DNA from: a virus
Virus record (IMG/VR): IMGVR_UViG_3300046817_000369
Length of the DNA: 64,000 nucleotides
Strand: one strand, 5' to 3'
A program made the translations under genes and the position numbers. Each line of letters starts with the position of its first letter. Positions within the stretch are counted from its first letter, which is position 1. The notes under the pieces are model-generated. The model was not told the DNA's origin. It was given only the letters and a program-made list of their open reading frames with translations, and ran no database searches. Shown here piece by piece: positions 8,739 through 18,843 of this stretch.

Positions 8739-9670
8739 TGCCCGCGACGCTCAATACATACTTGCAGCAAGCCCAGCGCCTGCTTCGCGACACGCGCCAG
8801 GAGATGTGGAACCCGGATGATTTGCGGGAATACTGCAACATGGCTCGTCGCGAAGTCGCCATGCGATCTCAGTCGATCCGTCACGTTCCCCGCATGTGGG
8901 GAGCCATTATGTCCGCCACGATCACCAATGGCGGCACCGGTTACACCAACCCAACCGTGACCATCACACCGCCTGATAGTCCGAGCGGAGAGTTGCCGTT
9001 TCCCGCTGGTAATCAAGCCACGGGATCGGCCACGCAAACTGGCGGTGTCATTGATAGCGTATTCATTGATTATGGCGGGGATGGCTACTGGCAACCACAG
9101 ATCACTATTCATGATCCGACCGGCACGGGCGCGACTGCTATTCCAAATATGTCGCCGATCAGTCAGGTATTGCCGGGGCGGGAGGTTTATCAATTTTCTG
9201 AGTTCGACCTGTCCGTGTTTCCCGGCGTTGCCAGCATCTATGCCATTCGTTCGGTCTCCATCCTGTTCGCGCAATGGCGTTACAGTGTCGCCATCTACTC
9301 GTTCAGCGAGTATCAGGCGAAAATCCGTAGCTTCGCGAGTGGATCGTTCCAATGGATACCGACCTACGGCACGCAGTTCGGGCGCGGCTCCGGCGGAAGT
9401 CTGTATCTATATCCGTTACCTTCGCAACCATATCAGATGGAGATCGACTGTTCCTGCCTGCCGCAAGACTTGTTGACCAACCTCAGCGTCGAGGCGATCC
9501 CTGATCCCTGGACCGACGCCGTGCCTTACTGGATGGCGTATATGGCTTATTTAGAGGGGCAAAACCACAACTCCGCTCGTCTTATGCAACAATTATTCGA
9601 TGAGCGCATGACCCGCTTCGGCGCCTACGCCGCCCCCGGCCGCGCGATCAATCGTTACGGTCGCTTATGA
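8738..9670 (+). CDS. Head-tail adaptor-like protein (paralogue 2, with inserted beta-repeat domain)
   Basis: TLNTYLQQAQRLLRD...DLREYCNMAR and LSVEAIPDPWTDAVPYWMA parallel the upstream gene. Confidence 0.6.
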   Translation: MPATLNTYLQQAQRLLRDTRQEMWNPDDLREYCNMARREVAMRSQSIRHVPRMWGAIMSATITNGGTGYTNPTVTITPPDSPSGELPFPAGNQATGSATQTGGVIDSVFIDYGGDGYWQPQITIHDPTGTGATAIPNMSPISQVLPGREVYQFSEFDLSVFPGVASIYAIRSVSILFAQWRYSVAIYSFSEYQAKIRSFASGSFQWIPTYGTQFGRGSGGSLYLYPLPSQPYQMEIDCSCLPQDLLTNLSVEAIPDPWTDAVPYWMAYMAYLEGQNHNSARLMQQLFDERMTRFGAYAAPGRAINRYGRL

Positions 9671-11271
9671 GCGGCGCCCGCCCCCCGCCCCGCGCGCAAC
9701 AACAGCAAGCGCAGCAGGATCAGTCCGGCGGCCTGATCGTGTTCTCGGGCTACAGTGGTCTGAATACCCAGGCCAGTCGCATCGGGATCGAGGACACGCA
9801 AGCCGCCTGGATGGATGGATTTTTTCCGCAAGGCACCGACAACGCCCGCATCATCTTCGATCATGGTCCGGCGTTTCAGTTCATCGCTTTCCCAAGCGTC
9901 ATCGAATCTTTCCAGTTTGGCAATATCGGCGCTGATCCTTACATGATCATCTTCTTGTCGAACGGCCAAATCCTGGCTCAGAACACGCTGACGACCGTTA
10001 CCAGGAGTATCGCGCCGCCAGGGACAATCGTGAATTTCCAGATTGGCATGAGCCAATGGGGATCGACCTACATCCTGATCGTGGCGAATCAGTTGAATGG
10101 CTATTTCGTATGGGACGGCACCACGTTCTATCAGTCCGGCGACACCGTTCCGGGTGATCCAGGCGGCCTGATGCCGACCGGGATCAACGGCACCGCCATC
10201 GAGACCTATACCGGCCACGTCTGGATCGTGAACCAGAATATCCTTGAGTTTTCCGCGCCTGGCAGCATCGTGGACTTCTCCACCGCCAACGGTGGCGGCA
10301 ACCTGACTTCGAACGATTCCACGTTGCGTGTACACTGGACGCAACTGGTCGCCACCAACGGCTATCTCTATCTCTTTGGCGACTCGTCCATCACCTACAT
10401 CGCCAACGTGCAGACCACGGGCGCAGGCCCAAGCACGACGACGTTCACCATTCAGAACGCCGACCCGGAAGTGGGCACGCCATGGCCCGGCACGGTCGAT
10501 GTGATCGGCTCCAACATCGTTTTCGCCAACGCCTGGGGTGCCCATGTGTCTTACGGAGGCCGGACGGCGAAGATTTCCGGCGACCTGGACGGGATTTACA
10601 ATTCGCTGCCTAACTTTGGCGGACAAACACCGACCGCGACCAAGGCGATCATTTTCGGTAAGCGGGTTTGGGCGCTGCTTTTGCCCGTGATTGACGCATT
10701 TACCGGCCAACAGGTCAATAAATTGTTCATCTGGGACGAAAAACGCTGGTGTTCGACGCAACAGAGCCTGAATCTGACCTTCGTGCAGCACCAGGAGATC
10801 GATTCGGTCCTGACGGCGTGGGGAACTGACGGTCACACCATCGCGCAGTTGTTCACGACGCCATCGGCCGACTTCCAGAAGGTGATCCGGTCGAAATTCT
10901 GGGCGATTCCCAAGGGTGACGCCATCGAGAACGCGGTGAACCGGCTTTGGGGCGTGGTTCAGTTCCATTCCGAGCGGGATGCGACCCTGACGATAAGCCT
11001 GGACAGCGAACTCGGCGCCGCGCCGGTCACGGTCGTTCCGCGCAATCCGTTCATGGCCTGGATCAACAACGGGGGTCTGCAAATGACCTGGCAGAACAAC
11101 GCGGCGGTGCAAATGTTCTGGCAATCGACCGGACAAGACATCGTGGTGTTCCCGCCGCAGGCGTGCGGGCAGCATGGCGTGCTGCTCGGCTTCACGTTGA
11201 CCACCAGCGCCGCCGATCTGGGGCTGTTGTCGCTGTCCACCATGCCGGTGCCCGTGCAGGGGAGGTATTAA
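9667..11271 (+). CDS. Tail hub/nozzle (P22 gp10 or T7 gp12-like) protein
   Basis: 534 aa beta-rich protein after the adaptors; typical podoviral gene order. Confidence 0.6.
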   Translation: MSGARPPPRAQQQQAQQDQSGGLIVFSGYSGLNTQASRIGIEDTQAAWMDGFFPQGTDNARIIFDHGPAFQFIAFPSVIESFQFGNIGADPYMIIFLSNGQILAQNTLTTVTRSIAPPGTIVNFQIGMSQWGSTYILIVANQLNGYFVWDGTTFYQSGDTVPGDPGGLMPTGINGTAIETYTGHVWIVNQNILEFSAPGSIVDFSTANGGGNLTSNDSTLRVHWTQLVATNGYLYLFGDSSITYIANVQTTGAGPSTTTFTIQNADPEVGTPWPGTVDVIGSNIVFANAWGAHVSYGGRTAKISGDLDGIYNSLPNFGGQTPTATKAIIFGKRVWALLLPVIDAFTGQQVNKLFIWDEKRWCSTQQSLNLTFVQHQEIDSVLTAWGTDGHTIAQLFTTPSADFQKVIRSKFWAIPKGDAIENAVNRLWGVVQFHSERDATLTISLDSELGAAPVTVVPRNPFMAWINNGGLQMTWQNNAAVQMFWQSTGQDIVVFPPQACGQHGVLLGFTLTTSAADLGLLSLSTMPVPVQGRY

Positions 11272-11658
11272 ATGCCGCTACCGACCCTTTTCGCCGCACA
11301 AACGCTGTCCACCGGGGCGCAACTCGACGCCAATTTCGCCGCCCTCGGCCAGATCGCGGTGATCCCCGGCACGATGGCCGGCACTAACGCCATCACGTTC
11401 ACGCCGCTCGCCACGGCGCCCGCGGTGCCCGCCTACGCCAATTACATGATGTTCGGCGGCGTGGCGGGCGGGACGAACACGGGCGCCACCACGGCCACGG
11501 TGGCGGGCCTTGGCACGTTGTCGGTGTTCAAGGGATCGGCGGCGGGGCCGGTGGCGCTCGCGGCGGGCAACATCTTCGTGGGGAACTTCATCATCCTGGT
11601 TTACAATTCGGCGCTGTCCGGCGGCTCGGGCGGCTTTCAACTGGTGTCGGTGTACTGA
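11272..11658 (+). CDS. Small virion/tail protein
   Basis: MPLPTLFAAQT...AQLDANFAAL resembles the N-termini of tail fibre/needle proteins. Confidence 0.45.
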   Translation: MPLPTLFAAQTLSTGAQLDANFAALGQIAVIPGTMAGTNAITFTPLATAPAVPAYANYMMFGGVAGGTNTGATTATVAGLGTLSVFKGSAAGPVALAAGNIFVGNFIILVYNSALSGGSGGFQLVSVY

Positions 11659-11999
11659 TGGGAATCGCGGACATCTTCAATCTACCCGGCAATGACGACC
11701 AACTCGCGTTCTGGTCGCGGATGCACATGGTCTGGCACCGTTCCGCCATCGTGGAAATCCAGCGTCAGCACGCCATCATCCTCGCGGAGTTCCTGCTCGA
11801 TCCGATTTCGGTTGACGAGATCGACGTGTTTCTCGCCAACCATCAAACCATGCACAACGACCTCGACGCCATCTTGCAGGTGCCGTCGCAAGACCTGACG
11901 AACGTGGACTGGGAGGACGAGACGCAGCGCATCGGCTGGTTCCAGGCACACGCGCAACAGACGCAGCAAGAGAGCAACAAGTTGGGGATCGGGGCATGA
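11658..11999 (+). CDS. Hypothetical His-rich protein
   Basis: 113 aa; coupled stop/start. Confidence 0.6.
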   Translation: MGIADIFNLPGNDDQLAFWSRMHMVWHRSAIVEIQRQHAIILAEFLLDPISVDEIDVFLANHQTMHNDLDAILQVPSQDLTNVDWEDETQRIGWFQAHAQQTQQESNKLGIGA

Positions 12000-12472
12000 G
12001 CGCGACCTTCGTGGAAGTCGAACCGATCAAGGTATGGCGCGCGTTCGCCCCGGACATCGCGGAAGTCGAGGGGTGGCTGATCCCGCGCCTGATGACGCTG
12101 TATCCGGACAGCACTTATATCGGCCTGCGCTCGCGCCTGATGCTGATGACCGTCAGCAACGAGGAACAGGTGGTGCGGACCCAGAACGCGGTCGCCGCCA
12201 TCCGCTCCGTGCCGGAGAACCTGACCGGCGTGCCTTACGCCAAGGTATGGTTCGCGCTTGGCAAGTCAGGCGAGGGCGACGTGGAGGGTGACGAGATCGC
12301 CGAGTTGCACCGCGCCATGCTGACCTGGATGCGGCGCTGCGGCATGGAAACCATGATCTTGTCCGATCTGATGGACTGCGACCGGTCCTACATCCGCCAT
12401 CGCATCGGCAAGCTGACGAAGTATGAGGTCCATGCGTGGCATCTGGGCCAGCAGCCGGCGAAGGAGGGGTAA
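11996..12472 (+). CDS. Hypothetical protein, possible GNAT-like fold
   Basis: 158 aa; precedes a clearer GNAT gene. Confidence 0.5.
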   Translation: MSATFVEVEPIKVWRAFAPDIAEVEGWLIPRLMTLYPDSTYIGLRSRLMLMTVSNEEQVVRTQNAVAAIRSVPENLTGVPYAKVWFALGKSGEGDVEGDEIAELHRAMLTWMRRCGMETMILSDLMDCDRSYIRHRIGKLTKYEVHAWHLGQQPAKEG

Positions 12473-12954
12473 TGTTCGACGCCTCATCCGCTTCGGCCTT
12501 TTCCTTTCAGCGCGAGGCGTTCGCCACCGTGATCGATGAGGCGCGGCCCATGTTGGCGGCGCAATGGATCGAGGCGGGGCAGACCGAGGCGGGCGAATTC
12601 GCGCTGGCCGACGATCGCTATCTCGCGATGGAGCGGGTTGGCGCGCTGCGGATTTACACCGTGCGTCATCACGGGGTGCTGGTGGGTTACGTGTCGCTGT
12701 TCGTGTTCACCGGGATGCACGCCGCCGCCAAGGCGGGGATTTCCGACGCGCTCTACGTGCTGCCCGCGTTTCGGCGCCCGATGGTGTCGCTGCGCCTGAT
12801 GCGCCATGCCGAGGCGGCATTGCTGGCTGAGGGCGTGACGGTCATTCACATGCAGGTCAACGAGCGGTTTCCTGGTCTCGGTCGATTGCTTGAACACATG
12901 GGCTACAGGCCGGTTTCCCGCACTTTCACCAAGGTCATCGATCATGCCGCTTGA
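12472..12954 (+). CDS. GNAT-family acetyltransferase
   Basis: LVGYVSLF...SDALYVLPAFRR...LMRHAEAALLAEGV...LLEHMGYRPV; ATG 12472 after GGAGG. Confidence 0.75.
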   Translation: MFDASSASAFSFQREAFATVIDEARPMLAAQWIEAGQTEAGEFALADDRYLAMERVGALRIYTVRHHGVLVGYVSLFVFTGMHAAAKAGISDALYVLPAFRRPMVSLRLMRHAEAALLAEGVTVIHMQVNERFPGLGRLLEHMGYRPVSRTFTKVIDHAA

Positions 12955-14833
12955 TTTCGGAATTGGCGAGGCGTTGGCGCTGGCTCTTGGCGGTGGTGCG
13001 TTCGCTGAAGCCGCCGCGCCGATCATTGTCGCGGGTGTTGAGGGCGCGGGTCTGGGCGCCGCGGGAAGTGCCATCACGGGCGGCAAGCCCGCGCAAGGTG
13101 CTTTGTTTGGCGGCCTTGGTGGAGCATTGACGGCTGGCGCCGGGGAATTGCTTGGTGGTGTGGGTGGCGTTGCCGGTGACACGGCTTCCCAGGCGGCGGC
13201 CTTGGCTGATCCAGCGTCCAGTTTTGGTGCGTTGCCGGCGGGGTCTCTGTCTGGCGCTGATTTGTTCACGGGGGGCTTTGGCGCGGGTGCTTTTGATGCC
13301 GCTGGTTCGGCTGGTTCAGTGGGCGCGAACTTTGGCAATGTCGCCGGGTTGACGGGGAATTTCGCTGGCGCGGTTGACCCAACCGGAACGCAATTTGGCA
13401 ATGTGGCTGGCGGCGGATCGTTCTCAGGTGGTGGGGAAACCGCTTCTTTTATTCCATCTGATACAGCGGCGCAGGCCACGGCACTGGCTGATCCCGCGTC
13501 TTCGTTTGGCGCGCTCGCGCCGGGATCGCTGGCTGGTGCCGATCTTAGTATCGCCGGAGATATCGGCGGTGCCGTAGGTGGTGATGTCGCGAGCGGTCTC
13601 GCGAGTGCCGGTGGAACGCTGAGCGATCTTGGTGGTGGCGCGACGGCTCCCATAGCGGCGCCGCCGCCCGTGACGCCGTTCACGCAAGCCGCGCAAGGTA
13701 TTCCGACCTTTGGTGGTAGCGGCGGGGACATCGCGACCAGCGCCGGGGCGCCACAGGCGACACTCGCCAGTTTGGGCGGGGGCGCCGGTCCTGGTAGCAC
13801 GGCGGGCGGTACGGCGGCTTTTTCACCGCCGGCGGCCTTGGGTGGTGGCGGGCCGGGCGCGCTGGACTTCACCGCCGCGACGCAAGGCACGCCTGGAAGC
13901 CTGTTCTCGGGGGCATCGGATACGGCGACCTCGCTCGCGCCGGGGGCGACGGATACAGGCGGTGGCCTGGTTGACGTTGGTGGCACCGCGCCAATCAATC
14001 CGCAACAGATCGCGAGTGATTTTGGCGCGACGTTCGGCAACGATACGGGATTGCCCACCGATGTCGTGCCGCCGGTTCCACCAGAGGGCGGACCGCCAGG
14101 ATTGTTGCAGCGGATTGGTGGATCGTTAGCGTCAATTCCAGGCAAGATCGGCACATCTTTGGAGAATGCCGCCAGCGATCCGCTGAAATTGGCGGGCCTC
14201 GCGATTACCGGCGGAGGATTGCTGAAAGACCTCGCCGCACCGCAGCAAATCCCCGGCATTCCGCAACTGACGAACCTCTCCAACACGACAGGCGCGCAAG
14301 GCCAGAGCCTGATTGGGCAGGGTCTTGGGCAACAATCGGCGCCAAGGGCGGGTGCCACCGATCTCGCCACATCCGCCGTGTCACAAGGTCAGTCACTTGC
14401 CTCGCACCTGGAAAACGGCACGTTGCCGCCCGGTGTGCAGGGCGCGATCGATCAGGCGTCCAACGCCGCCATTCAGACCATCAAGGGTCAATATGCCTCG
14501 CGCGGCATGTCGGGGTCGTCCAGCGAATTGCAGGACATCAATGCCGTTAAGGCCCGCGCCGTGACGCAGGGCACCCAGATCGCGTTGCAACTGCAACAAC
14601 AGGGTCTTGGCTTCGAGCAGCTTGGCGCGAATCTTTACAACTCACTGATCGGGCAATCCAACAATCTGTTGCAGGTCGGCGCTAGCCTAACCGGCCAGAG
14701 CGGCAACCAACTCAACGGCCTCATCGCCGCCAACGTCGCGCAGAGCAACCAGGTCAACACCGCCATCGGCAATCTCGGTCGCGCGCTCGCGGGTGGCAAT
14801 GTGACCAATAACACCACGAATGTCGCCGCATGA
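12944..14833 (+). CDS. Gly/Ala-rich internal virion (DNA ejection) protein
   Basis: Hydrophobic Gly/Ala N-terminus and Gln-rich C-terminus; position matches P22 gp7-like pilot proteins. Confidence 0.55.
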   Translation: MPLDFGIGEALALALGGGAFAEAAAPIIVAGVEGAGLGAAGSAITGGKPAQGALFGGLGGALTAGAGELLGGVGGVAGDTASQAAALADPASSFGALPAGSLSGADLFTGGFGAGAFDAAGSAGSVGANFGNVAGLTGNFAGAVDPTGTQFGNVAGGGSFSGGGETASFIPSDTAAQATALADPASSFGALAPGSLAGADLSIAGDIGGAVGGDVASGLASAGGTLSDLGGGATAPIAAPPPVTPFTQAAQGIPTFGGSGGDIATSAGAPQATLASLGGGAGPGSTAGGTAAFSPPAALGGGGPGALDFTAATQGTPGSLFSGASDTATSLAPGATDTGGGLVDVGGTAPINPQQIASDFGATFGNDTGLPTDVVPPVPPEGGPPGLLQRIGGSLASIPGKIGTSLENAASDPLKLAGLAITGGGLLKDLAAPQQIPGIPQLTNLSNTTGAQGQSLIGQGLGQQSAPRAGATDLATSAVSQGQSLASHLENGTLPPGVQGAIDQASNAAIQTIKGQYASRGMSGSSSELQDINAVKARAVTQGTQIALQLQQQGLGFEQLGANLYNSLIGQSNNLLQVGASLTGQSGNQLNGLIAANVAQSNQVNTAIGNLGRALAGGNVTNNTTNVAA

Positions 14834-17800
14834 GCGAAACACTCGAACGACCCAACGCGCAGGCGGTCGCCGCCGATCTTGGTGTCGGCAGCGCGGATAC
14901 GGGCAACGATCCCGACGAAATGCGGAAGAAGGCGCTGGCTGACGCACCGCGTCAGGCACTCGCGCTGAATGTGCCGCCGGTTCCGCCGGTCAGGCCGCGA
15001 TCCGATCGCAATGGAATCGCGGTGCCGACACCAAACGCCGCGGCGCCAAGAACCACCGACGCCGCTCCGGCGGACCCGAACGATCCCTGGCAGTCCTCGC
15101 CCATAATGGTGAGCCTGAAGGGCATTCTGATCCCTGGCGAGGGCGCGGGCGGTGATCCAACGGCCCGCAATCCGATCTCAGGGGCGCGCGGCACGTTTCA
15201 GTTCATGCACGACACTTTCGTTCCGCTGATGAAAAAGAACCATCCCGAGGAAACCCGCGGCAAGAGCGACGCGGAAATCTGGGCGATGGCGGACATCGAT
15301 AAGGTCAACAGCCGCGAGGCCGCCGAACTCGCGCACGACAACATGATCCAGATGCAAAAGGCTGGCGTGCAGATCACACCGCAAACGCTCGCCGGGGCGC
15401 ACCGTCTGGGCGCGGGCGGCATCATCGCCGTGCTGAAAGCCGATCCGAACACGCCCATGAGCGCCATCGTGCCCGCCGCCTTCTCGCAGGGCGGCAACAT
15501 GGACATCCACGACCTGACGGCGGCGCAGTTTCTCGCCAAACCTTACCCCGGTGGGGGTGGAGGCGGTGGGGGCGACCCAACCGGGCAGAACGCTTCCTGG
15601 CAACGGATGCAGCAAAACTTCCAGCAGGCCCAGGAGGCCATGCGGGAGATAACCCAGGACTATCGCAAGGATCGTGATCGCGTGCGCGATCTGGCCTCGC
15701 GCTACAAGCCGTTCGAGCCGACGCCCGCCCCAAGGCCGCCTGAAGTCGATCCGATGCAATCGTTCGGCGGCATCGCCTCGATCTTCGTGGCACTCGCCGC
15801 CGGCCTGTCCAGGACACCCGCCGTGGCGGCGATGAACGGCCTCGCCGGCGTGATCGACGGCGCGCGGGAGAAGGATTGGACCAAGTACGCGGCGAACTAC
15901 AAAGCGTGGAAGGACAACTCGGAATACGCTTACAAGGCGCATGAAGAGTACTCCAAGGATATCAACGAAGCCATGGAAATGATGACCAAGGACGTGAACC
16001 TTGGTGAAGCCATGCTGAAGGCGACGTTGGCCATCGGTGGTCAATACGAGAAGGATATTCAGGAATGGCGTGAGCGTCCGCTGGATTTCCAGATCAAGCA
16101 GGACGCGGCGGTGAAGGCCCGCCAGGAGATGCAGAAGCGTCAGGAAGACATTGACGACGACGTGCAGCTTCGCGGCCTGAATGGTCAACGAGACGCGGCG
16201 CGTGAGCAGTTCACCGCGGCACAGGCGACCAACGATCTGGTGAAGGTCGCCGAGGCGCAAAAGCACCTGACCGACGCGGAAGCCGATGTCGAGCGGAAAC
16301 TGACCGACATCGAGAAGCGCAAGGCCGCGCAACTGGGCGGACGGTCACGTGGCACGGGCGGCGTGATGGATGCCGCGAAACTGAGAATTTACGAACAGTG
16401 GGTCAAGGACAACCCCGACGCGACGGCGGAGCAGAAATCGGCGTTCTTCAACAATGTGATGGGTAAGGAAGATCCTGGGGAAAGAACCCGCATTCGTCAA
16501 CAAGAAGCCGATACCAGGGCAGATCGCGCCAAAGCCGACGCGGATTACAAGGAGAAGATGGCCGCGCTCGGTCAGGACAAGCGAACAGATTCGCGTCAGC
16601 TCGCGGAATCACGCATTGCCGCCGCCAAGGAGTTTCATCAACAGAACGTCGAACTGGCGGTCAAGAAACTTGATCAAAATGCCTCGCAATTCGATCGGAA
16701 AGAGAACGAAAAGGAGAAGCACGACCGCTTCCTTGAAGCCATATCCAACGACAAGGTGCTGAACGACGCGGAAAAGGCCCGCCTGAAACGGGAAGAGGAT
16801 ATTCGCTGGCACGATATGTCGGATGCGCGTGGTTGGGGCGTGATCAAATCACGCGAGCAGATCGCCAAAGAAGGCAACGATCTGAAACGTGAACATGAAG
16901 CCGATTGGGTCAAACTCGGCAACGACAAGACCGCTACGACTAAGGAGATCGCGGACAAGCGGATTGAATCCGCCGACAAATATCATGCTTCTCAGGTGGA
17001 ACTGAAACTTCAGGGGATGCAACTGACGGACGAGCGTCAGAAGGAAACCGCGCGCCACAATCTCAGAGAGGAAGAAATCAGGCAGGACAAACTGCTGAAC
17101 GATGTCGAGAAGAACTCTTTGGTCCTGGAAGAGAGCAAGCGGTGGCATGACCTGTCCAACGCCCGTGGCTGGGGCGGTATCGAACAACGTGATCGCTCTG
17201 GTGCCGCGCGCAACGCCACCACGGTTCAGGTCGCGCAAATGCATGGCGAGTTCGGTGCCGCGCACGATGCTCGCGTCGCCGTTATTCAGGCGGACAATCG
17301 TCTGAGCAGAGAACAGAAAGACGCGGCGATCCTTGCCGAACGCAAGCGCAAAGCGGAGGTCGATGAAGCGTTCCGCGTTGACAAGCAAGGCACCAGCAAG
17401 GCCGCCATCGAAAAGGAGCAATGGGAGGACGCCAAGGGCGTCGCGGAACAGCGGCTTCGGTCCAAGGGGCAAGACCCGAGTCCGGAAGAGGTCGGCGTGG
17501 AAGCAAAACGGGTTCTCGCGGAATCAGGCCGTTTCCCTCCAAAAATTTCGCTTTCGGACGCTACGGTAGCGGAACGAGCGACGGAAATCTACGCCGAGGC
17601 ACCGGAAGGCTCCATGACGCCATCGCAGGCACGGATGCAGGCGATGCACGAAGTCGCGGACGCCAAAAAGGTCGAGCGCACCACACTCGCCATGGAAACC
17701 GCGCGTAAAGTCCAACTTGATATCGCGCGTGCTCATGAGGGAGACCCTGAATGGACTCCTGGCAAGATCGCCATCGCGGCCATGCAGGAAATATCCAGGC

Positions 17801-18843
17801 ACGGGAACCAGGCGCTGAAGCTGGAAGAGTTCGATGCCGTGGTTCAGGATGTGAAGAACGATCATCTGGGTGATCCGTCATGGACACCGGGAAAGATTGT
17901 ACGCGAGGCCAACCGGCAGATCACGGAATCGCACCAGCGGGCGACATCGGCGAACGTGAACAAACAGGTCTATGAGGACGTGCTAAAGGACGTGCAGGCC
18001 GATCCAAAGTTCGCCAATCAGCCGCGTGGCGCGCAGGACATCGAGACCATCCATCGCATGGCCGACGCGCACCGCCAGACGCCGCCGACCCTGAACGACG
18101 CTGCTGCCGATATGGAGGCGAAGCAGTTCCTGATGACCGGGCAGATGCCGTCCATGGGCATCGGCGGTCTCGGCGCTCGCACGCAAATCCTCAACCGCGC
18201 CGCTGAGATCGCCATGGAAACCGGCCACACGATCCAGGATTACATCGTTGGACGGGCCACGCTGAAGGCGGACGCCGGGGCGTTGTCGCAGATCACCAAG
18301 ATCGCGTCCGCCGTCGATGCGTTTGAGAAGACCGCGCTGAAGAACATGGACGTGGCCGAGGCGTTGATGAACAAGGGTGCCGGCACCGCCGCCGGTCCCG
18401 TGGTGAACCGTTGGTTGCAGCGGGGCCGCTATGGCATTGGCGACAAGGACGTGGCGGAGTTCGACACCGCGATGGGCGCCATCCAGGGCGAATATGCCAA
18501 GATCATCTCGGGCGGTTCCGCCTCCATCGCGGCTTCGCCGGAAGGCGCGCGGTTGGAAGCGCAGAAATGGTTGGACGCGATGCAGTCGCCCGCCGCCATT
18601 CGCGGCCAGTTCGCCGTGGCGCGGCGCGACATGCAAAATCGGATTACGTCGCTGCGCGAGGAAGAGTCGATCTTGCGGAAACACATGCTCAGTCCGGTGG
18701 ACGCGGATAAGTCCGGTGGACCGACCGCGGCACCTCAACAGACCGGCGGGCTCCCAGAACGAAAAGACCTCGTGAAAAACAAACTGTATCCTGGTTACGG
18801 AACCTGGACCGGCACCGGGTTCCGCCCGGAGGCATCGCCCTGA
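14830..18843 (+). CDS. Large internal virion protein with N-terminal lysozyme-like/transglycosylase domain
   Basis: IPGEG...ARNPISGARGTFQFMHDTF...AHRLGAGG resembles SLT motifs; long coiled coil follows; 1337 aa. Confidence 0.7.
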   Translation: MSETLERPNAQAVAADLGVGSADTGNDPDEMRKKALADAPRQALALNVPPVPPVRPRSDRNGIAVPTPNAAAPRTTDAAPADPNDPWQSSPIMVSLKGILIPGEGAGGDPTARNPISGARGTFQFMHDTFVPLMKKNHPEETRGKSDAEIWAMADIDKVNSREAAELAHDNMIQMQKAGVQITPQTLAGAHRLGAGGIIAVLKADPNTPMSAIVPAAFSQGGNMDIHDLTAAQFLAKPYPGGGGGGGGDPTGQNASWQRMQQNFQQAQEAMREITQDYRKDRDRVRDLASRYKPFEPTPAPRPPEVDPMQSFGGIASIFVALAAGLSRTPAVAAMNGLAGVIDGAREKDWTKYAANYKAWKDNSEYAYKAHEEYSKDINEAMEMMTKDVNLGEAMLKATLAIGGQYEKDIQEWRERPLDFQIKQDAAVKARQEMQKRQEDIDDDVQLRGLNGQRDAAREQFTAAQATNDLVKVAEAQKHLTDAEADVERKLTDIEKRKAAQLGGRSRGTGGVMDAAKLRIYEQWVKDNPDATAEQKSAFFNNVMGKEDPGERTRIRQQEADTRADRAKADADYKEKMAALGQDKRTDSRQLAESRIAAAKEFHQQNVELAVKKLDQNASQFDRKENEKEKHDRFLEAISNDKVLNDAEKARLKREEDIRWHDMSDARGWGVIKSREQIAKEGNDLKREHEADWVKLGNDKTATTKEIADKRIESADKYHASQVELKLQGMQLTDERQKETARHNLREEEIRQDKLLNDVEKNSLVLEESKRWHDLSNARGWGGIEQRDRSGAARNATTVQVAQMHGEFGAAHDARVAVIQADNRLSREQKDAAILAERKRKAEVDEAFRVDKQGTSKAAIEKEQWEDAKGVAEQRLRSKGQDPSPEEVGVEAKRVLAESGRFPPKISLSDATVAERATEIYAEAPEGSMTPSQARMQAMHEVADAKKVERTTLAMETARKVQLDIARAHEGDPEWTPGKIAIAAMQEISRHGNQALKLEEFDAVVQDVKNDHLGDPSWTPGKIVREANRQITESHQRATSANVNKQVYEDVLKDVQADPKFANQPRGAQDIETIHRMADAHRQTPPTLNDAAADMEAKQFLMTGQMPSMGIGGLGARTQILNRAAEIAMETGHTIQDYIVGRATLKADAGALSQITKIASAVDAFEKTALKNMDVAEALMNKGAGTAAGPVVNRWLQRGRYGIGDKDVAEFDTAMGAIQGEYAKIISGGSASIAASPEGARLEAQKWLDAMQSPAAIRGQFAVARRDMQNRITSLREEESILRKHMLSPVDADKSGGPTAAPQQTGGLPERKDLVKNKLYPGYGTWTGTGFRPEASP

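Noticed and set aside
15090-15560. Lysozyme-like domain as the endolysin
   Set aside because: It is embedded in a 1337 aa ejection protein, the typical context for virion-associated hydrolases used at entry.
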